This document shows, in pieces, positions 51,646 through 60,987 of a stretch of DNA of 64,000 bases. This stretch comes from a bacterium (GTDB taxonomy: Bacteria > Patescibacteriota > Dojkabacteria > JAKAPS01 > JAJZLI01). The stretch spans positions 1,109 to 65,108 of the forward strand of contig JAJZIL010000002.1 of NCBI GenBank assembly GCA_021810605.1. The letters run 5' to 3'. Made by a program: the position numbers and the translations under genes. How positions within the stretch are numbered: position 1 is the first letter of the stretch; each line of letters opens with the position of its first letter. The notes under the pieces were generated by a model. It searched no databases, was not told the origin of the DNA, and was given only the letters and a program-made list of their open reading frames with translations.

Positions 51646-52239
51646 TTATATATTTAGTAATATATCTATTAATAAAATTTTCTCTGAAATATTATTTTGA
51701 ATTGATTTTTGAATCTCATTTAACTTTTTTAATTTATCTGTAACGTTATTAATACTCTTACAGTTTCTTATTATATACGAAATTATATTTATAATAAAGT
51801 CTTCTGTGTTATTTACTTCTTCTATATATTTTAATCTATTTTCAATATCCATATTAATAAAGGATTTTATATCATAAATCTGTACTTCACTTCTATCTTT
51901 TACAAGTATACATCTAGAATTAATAGTATCAAGAAGTTTAGTATGATTATTAATTGATATTATTATAGTAGTGTCACTATTAGTTTCTTCTAGTATCTTT
52001 AGCATTGAGTTTTGGGCTTCTATTGTAATAGATTCTATTTTTATAAGTATTACTCTTTGAGTATTTGAAAATGATTTATATTTTAAATTATTTTTTATAT
52101 CATTAATATCTCTGATTTTTATATTTCCCTTAAATTTTAAAAAATCAGGATTATATTTAGAAGTATTTGTAATAAAACTTTTTGCAAAAGAATCTATATT
52201 ATTTTCTATATTAGATTCATATATATAACTTTGTGCCAT
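51646..52239 (-). CDS. holB: DNA polymerase III delta'-like clamp loader subunit (short)
   Basis: IEAQNSMLKILEE, LLDTINSRC motifs. Confidence 0.75.
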   Translation of the reverse strand: MAQSYIYESNIENNIDSFAKSFITNTSKYNPDFLKFKGNIKIRDINDIKNNLKYKSFSNTQRVILIKIESITIEAQNSMLKILEETNSDTTIIISINNHTKLLDTINSRCILVKDRSEVQIYDIKSFINMDIENRLKYIEEVNNTEDFIINIISYIIRNCKSINNVTDKLKKLNEIQKSIQNNISEKILLIDILLNI

Positions 52240-52302
52240 GGACAAATTCTATCATAATTTTTTAATCTTTAAAATTTTATTTTATTAGTGTATAAATTAT
52301 TT

Positions 52303-54054
52303 ATGGATATTCTTGATATTTTAGTTTCAAAAGGAAAAATTAATCAACAGGTTGCAAATGATTTAAGAATTAAGTCTATTAAAGAGAGTAAAGATATTGA
52401 ATTTATTATTAATGAATCAAATGTTATTCCAGAAAATGATTTATTTGAAGCTAGGGGTATCCTTTATAATACACCTTTTAAAGACTTATCTACTATTACA
52501 AGTATTCCTAGAGATATATTTAATATATTTAATACTAGAGATTTAACAGAAAGGATTGTTCTTCCTTTTGATAAGACTGCAGAGGGGGCAATTATGCTTG
52601 CTATGCAGAATCCTTTGGATATACAACTTATTCAATATTTTGAAAATAAGTATAAAATAAAGATTGTCCCCTATCTAGCTATTCCAGAACAAATACTTAC
52701 TATTATTAATGCTCAGTCATCTCAACAAATTGAAAGTAATGTTATAGATGATGTAGAGGCAGCAAATACTGATTTTAATATTGAAGATGTTACTGGGAAT
52801 GTAGAGAACGTATCAGGTGATATTGATGGTTCTATAAAAAATGCTCCTATTGTCAAAATTGTGAATACAGTATTGGAATATGCTGCTAAAAATGGTGCTT
52901 CTGATCTACATATTGAACCTACAAAAAAAATATTAAGATTTAGGCTTAGAATTGATGGAGTTTTATATGAAAAATTATCAGTTCCATTGGCACTTGCTCC
53001 TGCAATAATCTCTCGTATAAAAATTCTTTCAAGACTTAAGATAGAAGAAAAAAGGCTTCCTCAAGATGGAAGATTTAATATAAAAGTAGGAAAAGAATAT
53101 ATAGATTTGAGAGTATCATCTCTTCCTACTGTTTATGGAGAGAAAATCGTTATTAGACTACTCAGAAAAGCTGAATCTATATCTGATATTAAAGATATAG
53201 GAATGCAAGGTAAAGCTTTTGAGGAATATAAGAATTCTCTGACTTTAACTAAAGGGATAATTCTTATTACAGGACCTACCGGTTCTGGAAAAACTCAAAC
53301 ATTAGCTACTTCCCTATCTTATGTTAATAAGCCAACTGTTAATATAATAACACTTGAAGATCCTGTTGAGATTGAGATTGATGGAGTTAATCAAGTTCAG
53401 GTAAACCCAGATGCTGGATTAGATTTTGCAACTGGACTACGTGCATTTTTAAGGCAGGATCCAAATATAATAATGGTAGGAGAAATAAGAGATGAAGAAA
53501 CTGCTAGACTTGCTACTCAAGCATCATTAACAGGACATCTAGTTTTATCTACAATACATACAACTTCTGCAGCAGGAGCTTTACCAAGGCTATTAGATAT
53601 GGGAATAGAGCCTTTTTTAATATCATCTACAATAGAATTGATAGTGGCTCAAAGATTAGTTAGAAAAATTTGTAATCATTGTCAAGAAGATTATATTCCA
53701 GAAGAGAGTGTATTGGATAATATAAAGGAAATTTTTAAGGATAGTAGTATAGATATAGCAAAATATGTTAAATCTTCACAAGAAAAAAACAATGTGATAT
53801 ATTTATCTAGAGGTAAAGGTTGCAATTATTGTTCTAATACTGGGTATTTAGGTAGAACTGGTATATTTGAAGTCTTAGTTGTTACTAATGATATTAGAAA
53901 ACTTATATTAGAAAAGGATTCGAGTGATAGCATAAATACAGTTGCAGTAAAGAATGGAATGATAACTTTAGTTCAAGATGGATACCTTAAAGTTATAGAT
54001 AAAATAACAACAATAGAAGAAGTTTATAGAGTTGCAAAGGAAAGTGTTGAATAA
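52303..54054 (+). CDS. pilB: type IV pilus assembly ATPase (PilB/GspE)
   Basis: ASDLHIEP, RLPQDGR, GPTGSGKT, EDPVE, LRQDP, CNHC...CNYC zinc site, GRTG. Confidence 0.95.
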   Translation: MDILDILVSKGKINQQVANDLRIKSIKESKDIEFIINESNVIPENDLFEARGILYNTPFKDLSTITSIPRDIFNIFNTRDLTERIVLPFDKTAEGAIMLAMQNPLDIQLIQYFENKYKIKIVPYLAIPEQILTIINAQSSQQIESNVIDDVEAANTDFNIEDVTGNVENVSGDIDGSIKNAPIVKIVNTVLEYAAKNGASDLHIEPTKKILRFRLRIDGVLYEKLSVPLALAPAIISRIKILSRLKIEEKRLPQDGRFNIKVGKEYIDLRVSSLPTVYGEKIVIRLLRKAESISDIKDIGMQGKAFEEYKNSLTLTKGIILITGPTGSGKTQTLATSLSYVNKPTVNIITLEDPVEIEIDGVNQVQVNPDAGLDFATGLRAFLRQDPNIIMVGEIRDEETARLATQASLTGHLVLSTIHTTSAAGALPRLLDMGIEPFLISSTIELIVAQRLVRKICNHCQEDYIPEESVLDNIKEIFKDSSIDIAKYVKSSQEKNNVIYLSRGKGCNYCSNTGYLGRTGIFEVLVVTNDIRKLILEKDSSDSINTVAVKNGMITLVQDGYLKVIDKITTIEEVYRVAKESVE

Positions 54055-54057
54055 TAT

Positions 54058-55122
54058 ATGGATATAGAAGATTTACTAAAATATACAATACAAAAAAATG
54101 CATCAGATCTTCATCTTGCAGTAGGATATCCCCCGATGGTTAGGGTTGATGGTGAGCTTGAAATTGTTAATAATGTTGCAATTGACGAGGATAGTATGAA
54201 GATACTTATAGATCCTGTAATGTCAGATTCTCAGAAAGAATTTTTAGAGGTGAATAAAGAAACAGACTTTTCATATGAGTATAAGCCTACTCAAGATAGA
54301 TTTAGAGTTAATGTTTTTCATGAAAAAAGTCATCTTGCAGGAGCATTTAGACTTATTCCTAAAGATATAAGAACCTTTGAAGAGTTATTTTTACCAGATG
54401 TAATGCATAAATTTACATCTTTACCTCAAGGGTTGGTTCTTTTGACTGGACCAACTGGACATGGTAAATCTACTACTCTAGCTGCAATGCTACAGGAAGT
54501 TAATATAACATATCCAAAACATATAATTACAATTGAAGATCCTATTGAGTATGTATATCCAAAAGCAAAGTCTCTTGTTGATCAAAGAGAGATAGGAGAA
54601 GATACTCATTCTTGGGATATATCTTTAAGAAGTGTACTTCGAGAAGATCCTGATGTTGTACTTATAGGAGAAATGAGAGATTTTGAAACTATATCTGCAG
54701 CAATAACAATTGCAGAGACAGGACATTTAGTATTTGCAACATTACATACTAATAGTGCTGCTCAAACAATTGATAGGATTGTTGATGTATTTCCAGATTT
54801 ACAACAAGCTCAGATAAGGAGTCAATTAGCTGATATTATTGAAGGTGTAATTGCACAAAGATTAGTTCCTACAATTGGTGGTGGAAGAAGAGCAGTATTA
54901 GAGGTATTATTAGCATCTTCAGCAGTAAGGAATATAGTAAGAGAAGGAAAAACATATCAATTAGATAGTATTATTCAGACAAGTGGCGATATAGGAATGA
55001 TTTCTTTAGAAAGATCTTTAGTATCATTAGTAAGAGAAGGAAAAATTACTATAGATGATGCACAAAAGTATTCTTCTAAGCCTGATGAAGTATTAAGATT
55101 ATTTAAAGGAAGAAGCGAATGA
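54058..55122 (+). CDS. pilT: type IV pilus retraction ATPase
   Basis: ASDLHL, GPTGHGKSTT, EDPIE, LREDPD, AETGHLV, AVRNIVRE (AIRNLIRE-like). Confidence 0.95.
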   Translation: MDIEDLLKYTIQKNASDLHLAVGYPPMVRVDGELEIVNNVAIDEDSMKILIDPVMSDSQKEFLEVNKETDFSYEYKPTQDRFRVNVFHEKSHLAGAFRLIPKDIRTFEELFLPDVMHKFTSLPQGLVLLTGPTGHGKSTTLAAMLQEVNITYPKHIITIEDPIEYVYPKAKSLVDQREIGEDTHSWDISLRSVLREDPDVVLIGEMRDFETISAAITIAETGHLVFATLHTNSAAQTIDRIVDVFPDLQQAQIRSQLADIIEGVIAQRLVPTIGGGRRAVLEVLLASSAVRNIVREGKTYQLDSIIQTSGDIGMISLERSLVSLVREGKITIDDAQKYSSKPDEVLRLFKGRSE

Positions 55123-56339
55123 GTGATTTTGTTTATACTGCAGCTGATAAAGATGGGGCTATAACTCAAGGAAAGATGGATGCTCCTGATAAAGATACTG
55201 CTGCAAAGTTAATTATAGATCAAGGATTAACACCTCTAAAAATAAAAGATAGTCAATCAGTTTCAATTTCAAATTTAGGTGATTTAAATTCTATAAATAT
55301 TGGTAAAGTTCCTATAAAGGATAGAGTAATATTTTTTAGGCAATTATCAGTACTTATAACTTCTGGAATTCCAATAACTGAGGCTTTAGATATAACATAC
55401 AATCAGGTTACTAATAAAGGTTTAAAAAAAATACTTAGTAGTGTAGAAAAATCAGTTGAATCAGGGAAGAATCTTTCTGATTCATTTGAACCATATACAA
55501 AGCTTTTTACAAATATGCAGATTCAACTTTTAAGAACTGCAGAGGCTTCTGGATCTTTAGATTATATATTAAATAGAATGGCTGATGACATAGAGAATCA
55601 GAGTAATCTTATATCAAAGCTTAGAGGTGCTATGATATATCCTATACTTGTTATTATAGTCTCAATAGTTGTTATAGGATTAGTAGTGACTCAAATGGTT
55701 CCTCCAATGAAAAATCTCTATGAGAGTTTTAATGCTACTCTTCCATGGCCTACTCTGTTTATAATTGATGTGAGTAATTTTGTAACAAATTATTGGATTA
55801 TAGGTTTAATAATAGTAATAATACTAGCTATAGGATTTTATTTTTATACAAGATCAAATAGTGGTAAAAAAACAATTGATAGATTAGTATTAAAAATCCC
55901 TGTCTTTGGAGGATTAATTCAGAAAATTCAGATTATAAATTTTGGAAAAACTTTTGTTTTACTTACGAAGGCTGGAGTTCCTCTAGTTCAAGGTTTAAAT
56001 CTTATATCAAACTCTTTATCTAATACATTATTTAGAAATACAGTTAAGGAATTAGCAGATGAAGTTGAAAAAGGAAGATCATTATCAGATGTTATGTCCA
56101 AATATGATATTTTTCCTCCATTAATTTGGAGAATGATTGGTATTGGAGAGCAAACTGGAAATATGGAAGAAGTTGTTTCTAAGGTTCTTGATTATTATGA
56201 AGATGAAGTTCAGAATTTAATTGATAATCTATCAAAAATTCTTGAACCTGTTATTACAATATTTTTAGGTGTTATAGTAGGATTCATTGGAGTATCTGTC
56301 TACTTACCAATTTATACTTTAGGTAGTGTAATTAAATGA
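55119..56339 (+). CDS. pilC: type IV pilus inner-membrane platform protein (PilC/GspF)
   Basis: FFRQLS, EASGSL, AMIYP, LPWPT, GEQTGNM, LEP, YLPIY. Confidence 0.95.
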   Translation: MSDFVYTAADKDGAITQGKMDAPDKDTAAKLIIDQGLTPLKIKDSQSVSISNLGDLNSINIGKVPIKDRVIFFRQLSVLITSGIPITEALDITYNQVTNKGLKKILSSVEKSVESGKNLSDSFEPYTKLFTNMQIQLLRTAEASGSLDYILNRMADDIENQSNLISKLRGAMIYPILVIIVSIVVIGLVVTQMVPPMKNLYESFNATLPWPTLFIIDVSNFVTNYWIIGLIIVIILAIGFYFYTRSNSGKKTIDRLVLKIPVFGGLIQKIQIINFGKTFVLLTKAGVPLVQGLNLISNSLSNTLFRNTVKELADEVEKGRSLSDVMSKYDIFPPLIWRMIGIGEQTGNMEEVVSKVLDYYEDEVQNLIDNLSKILEPVITIFLGVIVGFIGVSVYLPIYTLGSVIK

Positions 56340-56344
56340 TATTA

Positions 56345-56372
56345 TTGACAAAAATTACATATATTGTACACT
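56345..56372 (+). promoter_or_regulatory. putative promoter of the major pilin
   Basis: TTGACA-16 bp-TACACT in the pilC-pilin gap. Confidence 0.55.
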
Positions 56373-56404
56373 ATATATAAATTAATTTTATATTAAAAAA
56401 AATT

Positions 56405-57088
56405 ATGAAAGGTATTGAAAAAGAGAATAAAAAAGGTTTTACTCTTGTTGAACTTTTAATAGTTATGGCTATTATAGGTATCTTGATAGCAATAGCTATT
56501 ATTGGATTAGGTTCAGCACAAGCAACTGCTAGAAATGAATCTAGACAAACTGCTGTAAAAGGTTTATCAGGGTTAATAGAAACATATTATGGTGACTCTG
56601 GAGGTACTTATCCTAGTAATGTGGGTATAAATTTAAGTACCACAGCTTCAGGATATGCAGCAGGGTATGTACAATTTGAATCTCCATTAGATGGTACATA
56701 TTTTACTACTGGAACAAATTTATGTAAGAATATAGATGCTCCTTTAAAGTTAAATAATGGAACTTTTGATTCAGCTGACTGTTCATCTAAAGTTTCTTTT
56801 GCAGTATCGTCAGGTAGTACTATAAATGGAGCTACTACTACTGATACTAATTCTGAAACTTATTACTTCTATATACCATTTACATCATCAACTCCATCTG
56901 CAGGAGGTGCTGCTACTGTAACTGTTGGTGCAACATCAGGAAGTCCTGTTACAGGTTATATTATTGGTGCTTGTTTAGAAAATAGTGGTATTTTTGCTTA
57001 TTCTTCAAATGGATCAAATGCTCCATTTACTACTAATGCTAATTCTATAAATGCAGATAGTGGTTCAGTGAAAATTACTTGTGGATAA
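56405..57088 (+). CDS. type IV pilin, probable major pilin (copy 1)
   Basis: Class III signal KKG|FTLVELL with E5, hydrophobic helix, 4 Cys, own promoter. Confidence 0.92.
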   Translation: MKGIEKENKKGFTLVELLIVMAIIGILIAIAIIGLGSAQATARNESRQTAVKGLSGLIETYYGDSGGTYPSNVGINLSTTASGYAAGYVQFESPLDGTYFTTGTNLCKNIDAPLKLNNGTFDSADCSSKVSFAVSSGSTINGATTTDTNSETYYFYIPFTSSTPSAGGAATVTVGATSGSPVTGYIIGACLENSGIFAYSSNGSNAPFTTNANSINADSGSVKITCG

Positions 57089-57898
57089 ATGTATTTAGTA
57101 TTTGATATATTTGTATTTATATTTGGTGCTGTTGTTGGGAGTTTTTTGAATGCAACAGTATATAGAGTAAAAAATAAAAAAGATTTTATAATATCAAGGT
57201 CTGAGTGTGAAAGTTGTAAACATAAACTTTCACCATTAGACCTTGTTCCAGTTTTAAGTTATATTTTTCTTCAAGGAAAATGTAGATATTGTAAAGAAAA
57301 AATCTCCTCTATTAATTTTTTTTTTGAGATTATATCAGGTATAGTATTTCTACTCTATTTTAATTTTTTATCGTTTAATTATTTAATTAATAATTCTGCT
57401 TTTGTTTATATAAATATATTATTTTATCTTTTTATAATCTGTATATTTTTATATATTGGATTATATGATTTTTTCTATTATGAGATATCAGATAAGCTTA
57501 TTTTTTACTCCTCTATTTTAGTCTTTATTTATTTCCTAATATCTTATTATTTTGGATATATATCCTTATATATTATTATAAATCATATAGTTACAGGAAT
57601 AATCGTTGCTGGATTATTCTTACTTATAATTCTTATTACCAAAGGAGAAGGTATGGGTGGTGGAGATATGAAATTAGTATTTCTAATGGGTCTTATATTA
57701 GGTTATCCTGCAATATTATATGTATTATTTGTATCCTTTGTATTAGGTGCTGTTATAGGATTAATATTAATACTTATTAAAAATAAAACTTTAAAATCAT
57801 CTATACCTTTTGCCCCTTTCTTGTCTTCCTCTATAATCTTGTATATAATTTTTAGTGTATATTTATTAAGATTAATATCTTATCTTTATATTAGATAA
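57089..57898 (+). CDS. pilD: prepilin peptidase
   Basis: GSFLN, RSECESC, L.GKCRYC, YD, GMGGGDMKL, IPFAPFL. Confidence 0.96.
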   Translation: MYLVFDIFVFIFGAVVGSFLNATVYRVKNKKDFIISRSECESCKHKLSPLDLVPVLSYIFLQGKCRYCKEKISSINFFFEIISGIVFLLYFNFLSFNYLINNSAFVYINILFYLFIICIFLYIGLYDFFYYEISDKLIFYSSILVFIYFLISYYFGYISLYIIINHIVTGIIVAGLFLLIILITKGEGMGGGDMKLVFLMGLILGYPAILYVLFVSFVLGAVIGLILILIKNKTLKSSIPFAPFLSSSIILYIIFSVYLLRLISYLYIR

Positions 57899-57903
57899 AT
57901 AAG

Positions 57904-58572
57904 ATGAAAAAAGGTTTTACTCTTGTTGAACTTTTAATAGTTATGGCTATTATAGGTATCTTGATAGCAATAGCTATTATTGGATTAGGTTCAGCACAAG
58001 CAACTGCTAGAAATGAATCTAGACAAACTGCTGTAAAAGGTTTATCAGGGTTAATAGAAACATATTATGGTGACTCTGGAGGTACTTATCCTAGTAATGT
58101 GGGTATAAATTTGAGTACTACAGCTCCAGGATATGCAGCAGGGTATGTACAATTTGAATCTCCATTAGATGGTACATATTTTACTACTGGAACAAATTTA
58201 TGTAAGAATATAGATGCTCCTTTAGAGTTAAATAATGGAACTTTTAATTCAGCTGACTGTTCATCTCAAGTTTCTTTTGAAGTATCTAAATTTGGTCAGG
58301 TAGCTAATATAAGTACAGGTACTACTGATACTAATTCTGAAACTTATTATTTCTATATACCATTTGTATCATATTCTCCAGGTGGAAATGATTATGCTAT
58401 TCCAACTGTTGGTACACTACCAGGAAGTCCTGTTACAGGTTATATTATTGGTGCTTGTTTAGAAAATAGTGGTATTTTTGCTTATTCTTCAAATGGATCA
58501 AATGCTCCATTTACTATTAATGCTAATTCTATACATGTAGACATTAGAGAAGTACAAATTACTTGTGGATAA
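57904..58572 (+). CDS. type IV pilin (copy 2, variant paralog)
   Basis: 57907-58112 is identical to 56429-56634; three divergent blocks in the C-terminal half. Confidence 0.92.
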   Translation: MKKGFTLVELLIVMAIIGILIAIAIIGLGSAQATARNESRQTAVKGLSGLIETYYGDSGGTYPSNVGINLSTTAPGYAAGYVQFESPLDGTYFTTGTNLCKNIDAPLELNNGTFNSADCSSQVSFEVSKFGQVANISTGTTDTNSETYYFYIPFVSYSPGGNDYAIPTVGTLPGSPVTGYIIGACLENSGIFAYSSNGSNAPFTINANSIHVDIREVQITCG

Positions 58573-58578
58573 ATATGT

Positions 58579-58746
58579 TTATCATTTGTATTAGGTACTG
58601 TTATAGGATTAATATTAATACTTATTAAAAATAAAACTTTAAAATCATCTATACCTTTTGCCCCTTTCTTGTCTTCCTCTATAATATTATATATAATTTT
58701 TAGTGTATATTTATTAAGATTAATATCTTATCTTTATATTAGATAA
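58579..58746 (+). pseudogene. duplicated 3' fragment of pilD
   Basis: 58585-58754 matches 57737-57906 with 3 mismatches; encodes the C-terminal 55 or so residues (IPFAPFL) with no in-frame ATG. Confidence 0.9.
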
Positions 58747-58751
58747 ATAAG

Positions 58752-59558
58752 ATGAATAAAGGTTTTACCCTTGTTGAATTATTAGTAGTTATTGCTATAT
58801 CTATTTTCCTTATTGGGATGGCTTTAGTTGGAACTCAAGGCACTCAGGCACAAGTAACTCTTAATGCTGCAGCTGCAAGTTTTATATCTAATGTAAATTT
58901 GATGAAAAATGATGCAATTGCAGGAGATGTAAGTTTAGGTTCTGACTATGTTTCTCCTTCAACTAATTGGGTTTATGGTTTTTCTATTTTTCCAGAAGCA
59001 TTATCTTCAACTCCATCATCAAATCCAGAATTATGTCAAAGTACTGTATCAAATGAATGTGCAGCTGGATATTATACTGCGATCATAGAAGAGAATGTTC
59101 AAAGTGCTTCTTATGGATATGGAAACTATTCTCCTCCATTTAATAATTCATTAAATTCTGTATATAATTTAAATGATTATGCATATCCTGAAAGTTTAAT
59201 AAATCATAATATTTATATAAGAAAGATATTTTCTTTAACACAAACTCAAGTATCTTATAATAGGAATGCATATAATTGGGTTTATTATAACTCATTACCT
59301 GCTGGAGTTAGTATATCTTATCCCAATACAGTTGTTTCAAATGAATATTATTTCCCTGTATTTCAAGAGTTAACAGGATATATATATCTTTATAACTTAA
59401 ATACAGGTAATTTAGTAACAAGTTCTAGTAATACATCTTTATCAGTAGTATTTAATTTATCTTATGAAGGTTATACTATTCCTATAACTTTTTATGATTT
59501 ATATAATAGTAGTAATGAGTCTAATTCTTTTTCTGAAGGAATAATTACAAATGGATAA
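58752..59558 (+). CDS. minor pilin / pseudopilin
   Basis: NKG|FTLVELLVVIAI class III signal. Confidence 0.88.
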   Translation: MNKGFTLVELLVVIAISIFLIGMALVGTQGTQAQVTLNAAAASFISNVNLMKNDAIAGDVSLGSDYVSPSTNWVYGFSIFPEALSSTPSSNPELCQSTVSNECAAGYYTAIIEENVQSASYGYGNYSPPFNNSLNSVYNLNDYAYPESLINHNIYIRKIFSLTQTQVSYNRNAYNWVYYNSLPAGVSISYPNTVVSNEYYFPVFQELTGYIYLYNLNTGNLVTSSSNTSLSVVFNLSYEGYTIPITFYDLYNSSNESNSFSEGIITNG

Positions 59559-60189
59559 CAAAAAAGGTTTTACTTTAATAGAAATTCTTATAACAATAGT
59601 TTTATTAGGATTTTTACTTATTGCTGTACTTGAGGCAGAAGCTTTATCAATAGATAATAATTATTATAATGTATATAGGTTATATTCAAGAGAAATTCTT
59701 TCATATGAGCTTTCGTATGCTCATATTTGGGCTAATGAAGGAAATATTAACTGGAATAGTCCTACTCCAGAGCAGATTTCTTGTCCAGGTTTTGGAGATT
59801 CTTCTGTTATATCAGGAGGCTCAAATTTGGGTGATTGTTTATCTATAAACGATGTAGGACAATTTTTAAATATAGCTACTGTAGGAACATATAGTATTCC
59901 TTTGCCTAAAGATATTGGTATATTCCTATATATTACACCTACTACTACGCATACACAAGCAGAAGTGTATGCTTTTGTCCTCTGGTCTTTTTCAACTAAG
60001 GGAGTAAAATCAAATCTTGAAGAGCAAGATAGTGAAATTTTTGGATCTAGCAGTACAACTTCACCATATTACTATATAAAAAGTACCTTAGGATCTACTT
60101 CTACATTTCTTAATTATTTAAATGGAGAAAATACTCTTCAATTTAATAATGCAATTTCTGGAAGTGATATTATTACTAAATTAAATTAA
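59551..60189 (+). CDS. minor pilin / pseudopilin
   Basis: KKG|FTLIEILI class III signal. Confidence 0.88.
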   Translation: MDNKKGFTLIEILITIVLLGFLLIAVLEAEALSIDNNYYNVYRLYSREILSYELSYAHIWANEGNINWNSPTPEQISCPGFGDSSVISGGSNLGDCLSINDVGQFLNIATVGTYSIPLPKDIGIFLYITPTTTHTQAEVYAFVLWSFSTKGVKSNLEEQDSEIFGSSSTTSPYYYIKSTLGSTSTFLNYLNGENTLQFNNAISGSDIITKLN

Positions 60190-60191
60190 TT

Positions 60192-60860
60192 ATGTTAAAT
60201 AAAATTTCAAAATTAAATAATATAGGATTTACTTTAGTAGAAACTCTTATTGCTATGGCAATATTCACATTTATTGCAGTTCTAATTGCAGAATCATTTG
60301 CAAATACTATTTTTTATACTAGTAACCTATCTTCAGAGATAAAGATTGAAAATCAAGTACAAAGTTCATTGGAATATATAAAAAGAGAAATGAGATTATC
60401 TGCATATACTACATTTAATGATCAAGGTACAGTAACACCACCTAATACTTGTGATTATTTAGGGCAACAATTATATTATGGGAATTCTCCAATTTGTAAT
60501 TCTCCTTCATCAGGAGGATCATTTAATTTATATAATGCTTCAGATCAATTAATTGGAAGTATTACTCTTCAATCAGGTATATTAGATTTTACTAATTCAT
60601 CAATTTCTGGATCTCCAATATCAATTCAATTAAATTCTAATGGGGTTAATATAGAGAATATTAGTTTTTTTTATGATAATTATGATTTTTCAGGGACTTC
60701 ATATAGTGGAAAAAGTTATATATTTCCTTATATAAATATTTTTATTGAAGGTTGTCAGAAAAGTTATTATAATTACCTATTTAATAGTTCTTCTAATACT
60801 ACTCCTGCATGTGTTCAACTTATAACAACTGCTACAAATGAGAATTTTGTATATCATTAA
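60192..60860 (+). CDS. minor pilin (PilW/PulJ-like)
   Basis: IG|FTLVETLIAM class III signal; LEYIKREMR pattern. Confidence 0.86.
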   Translation: MLNKISKLNNIGFTLVETLIAMAIFTFIAVLIAESFANTIFYTSNLSSEIKIENQVQSSLEYIKREMRLSAYTTFNDQGTVTPPNTCDYLGQQLYYGNSPICNSPSSGGSFNLYNASDQLIGSITLQSGILDFTNSSISGSPISIQLNSNGVNIENISFFYDNYDFSGTSYSGKSYIFPYINIFIEGCQKSYYNYLFNSSSNTTPACVQLITTATNENFVYH

Positions 60861-60987
60861 TTAGTATTGAATTTTTATATTATATTGTATATATTAGATA
60901 TAATGAAATTTTTAAAAAATAGGAAAATATTACTCAAAGTTATAGTTTTTTCTATATTTTTTGTGTTTGTCGGAATTTTTTTATATA
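60856..60987 (+). repeat. inverted repeat, right copy (132 bp)
   Basis: Matches the reverse complement of 45027-45158 (131/132); spans the stop of the last minor pilin, the spacer and the signal-peptide codons. Confidence 0.97.

Noticed and set aside
56405-58572. Diversity-generating retroelement TR/VR pair explaining the pilin variants
   Set aside because: Differences are not adenine-specific, they include indels, and no reverse transcriptase is in the window
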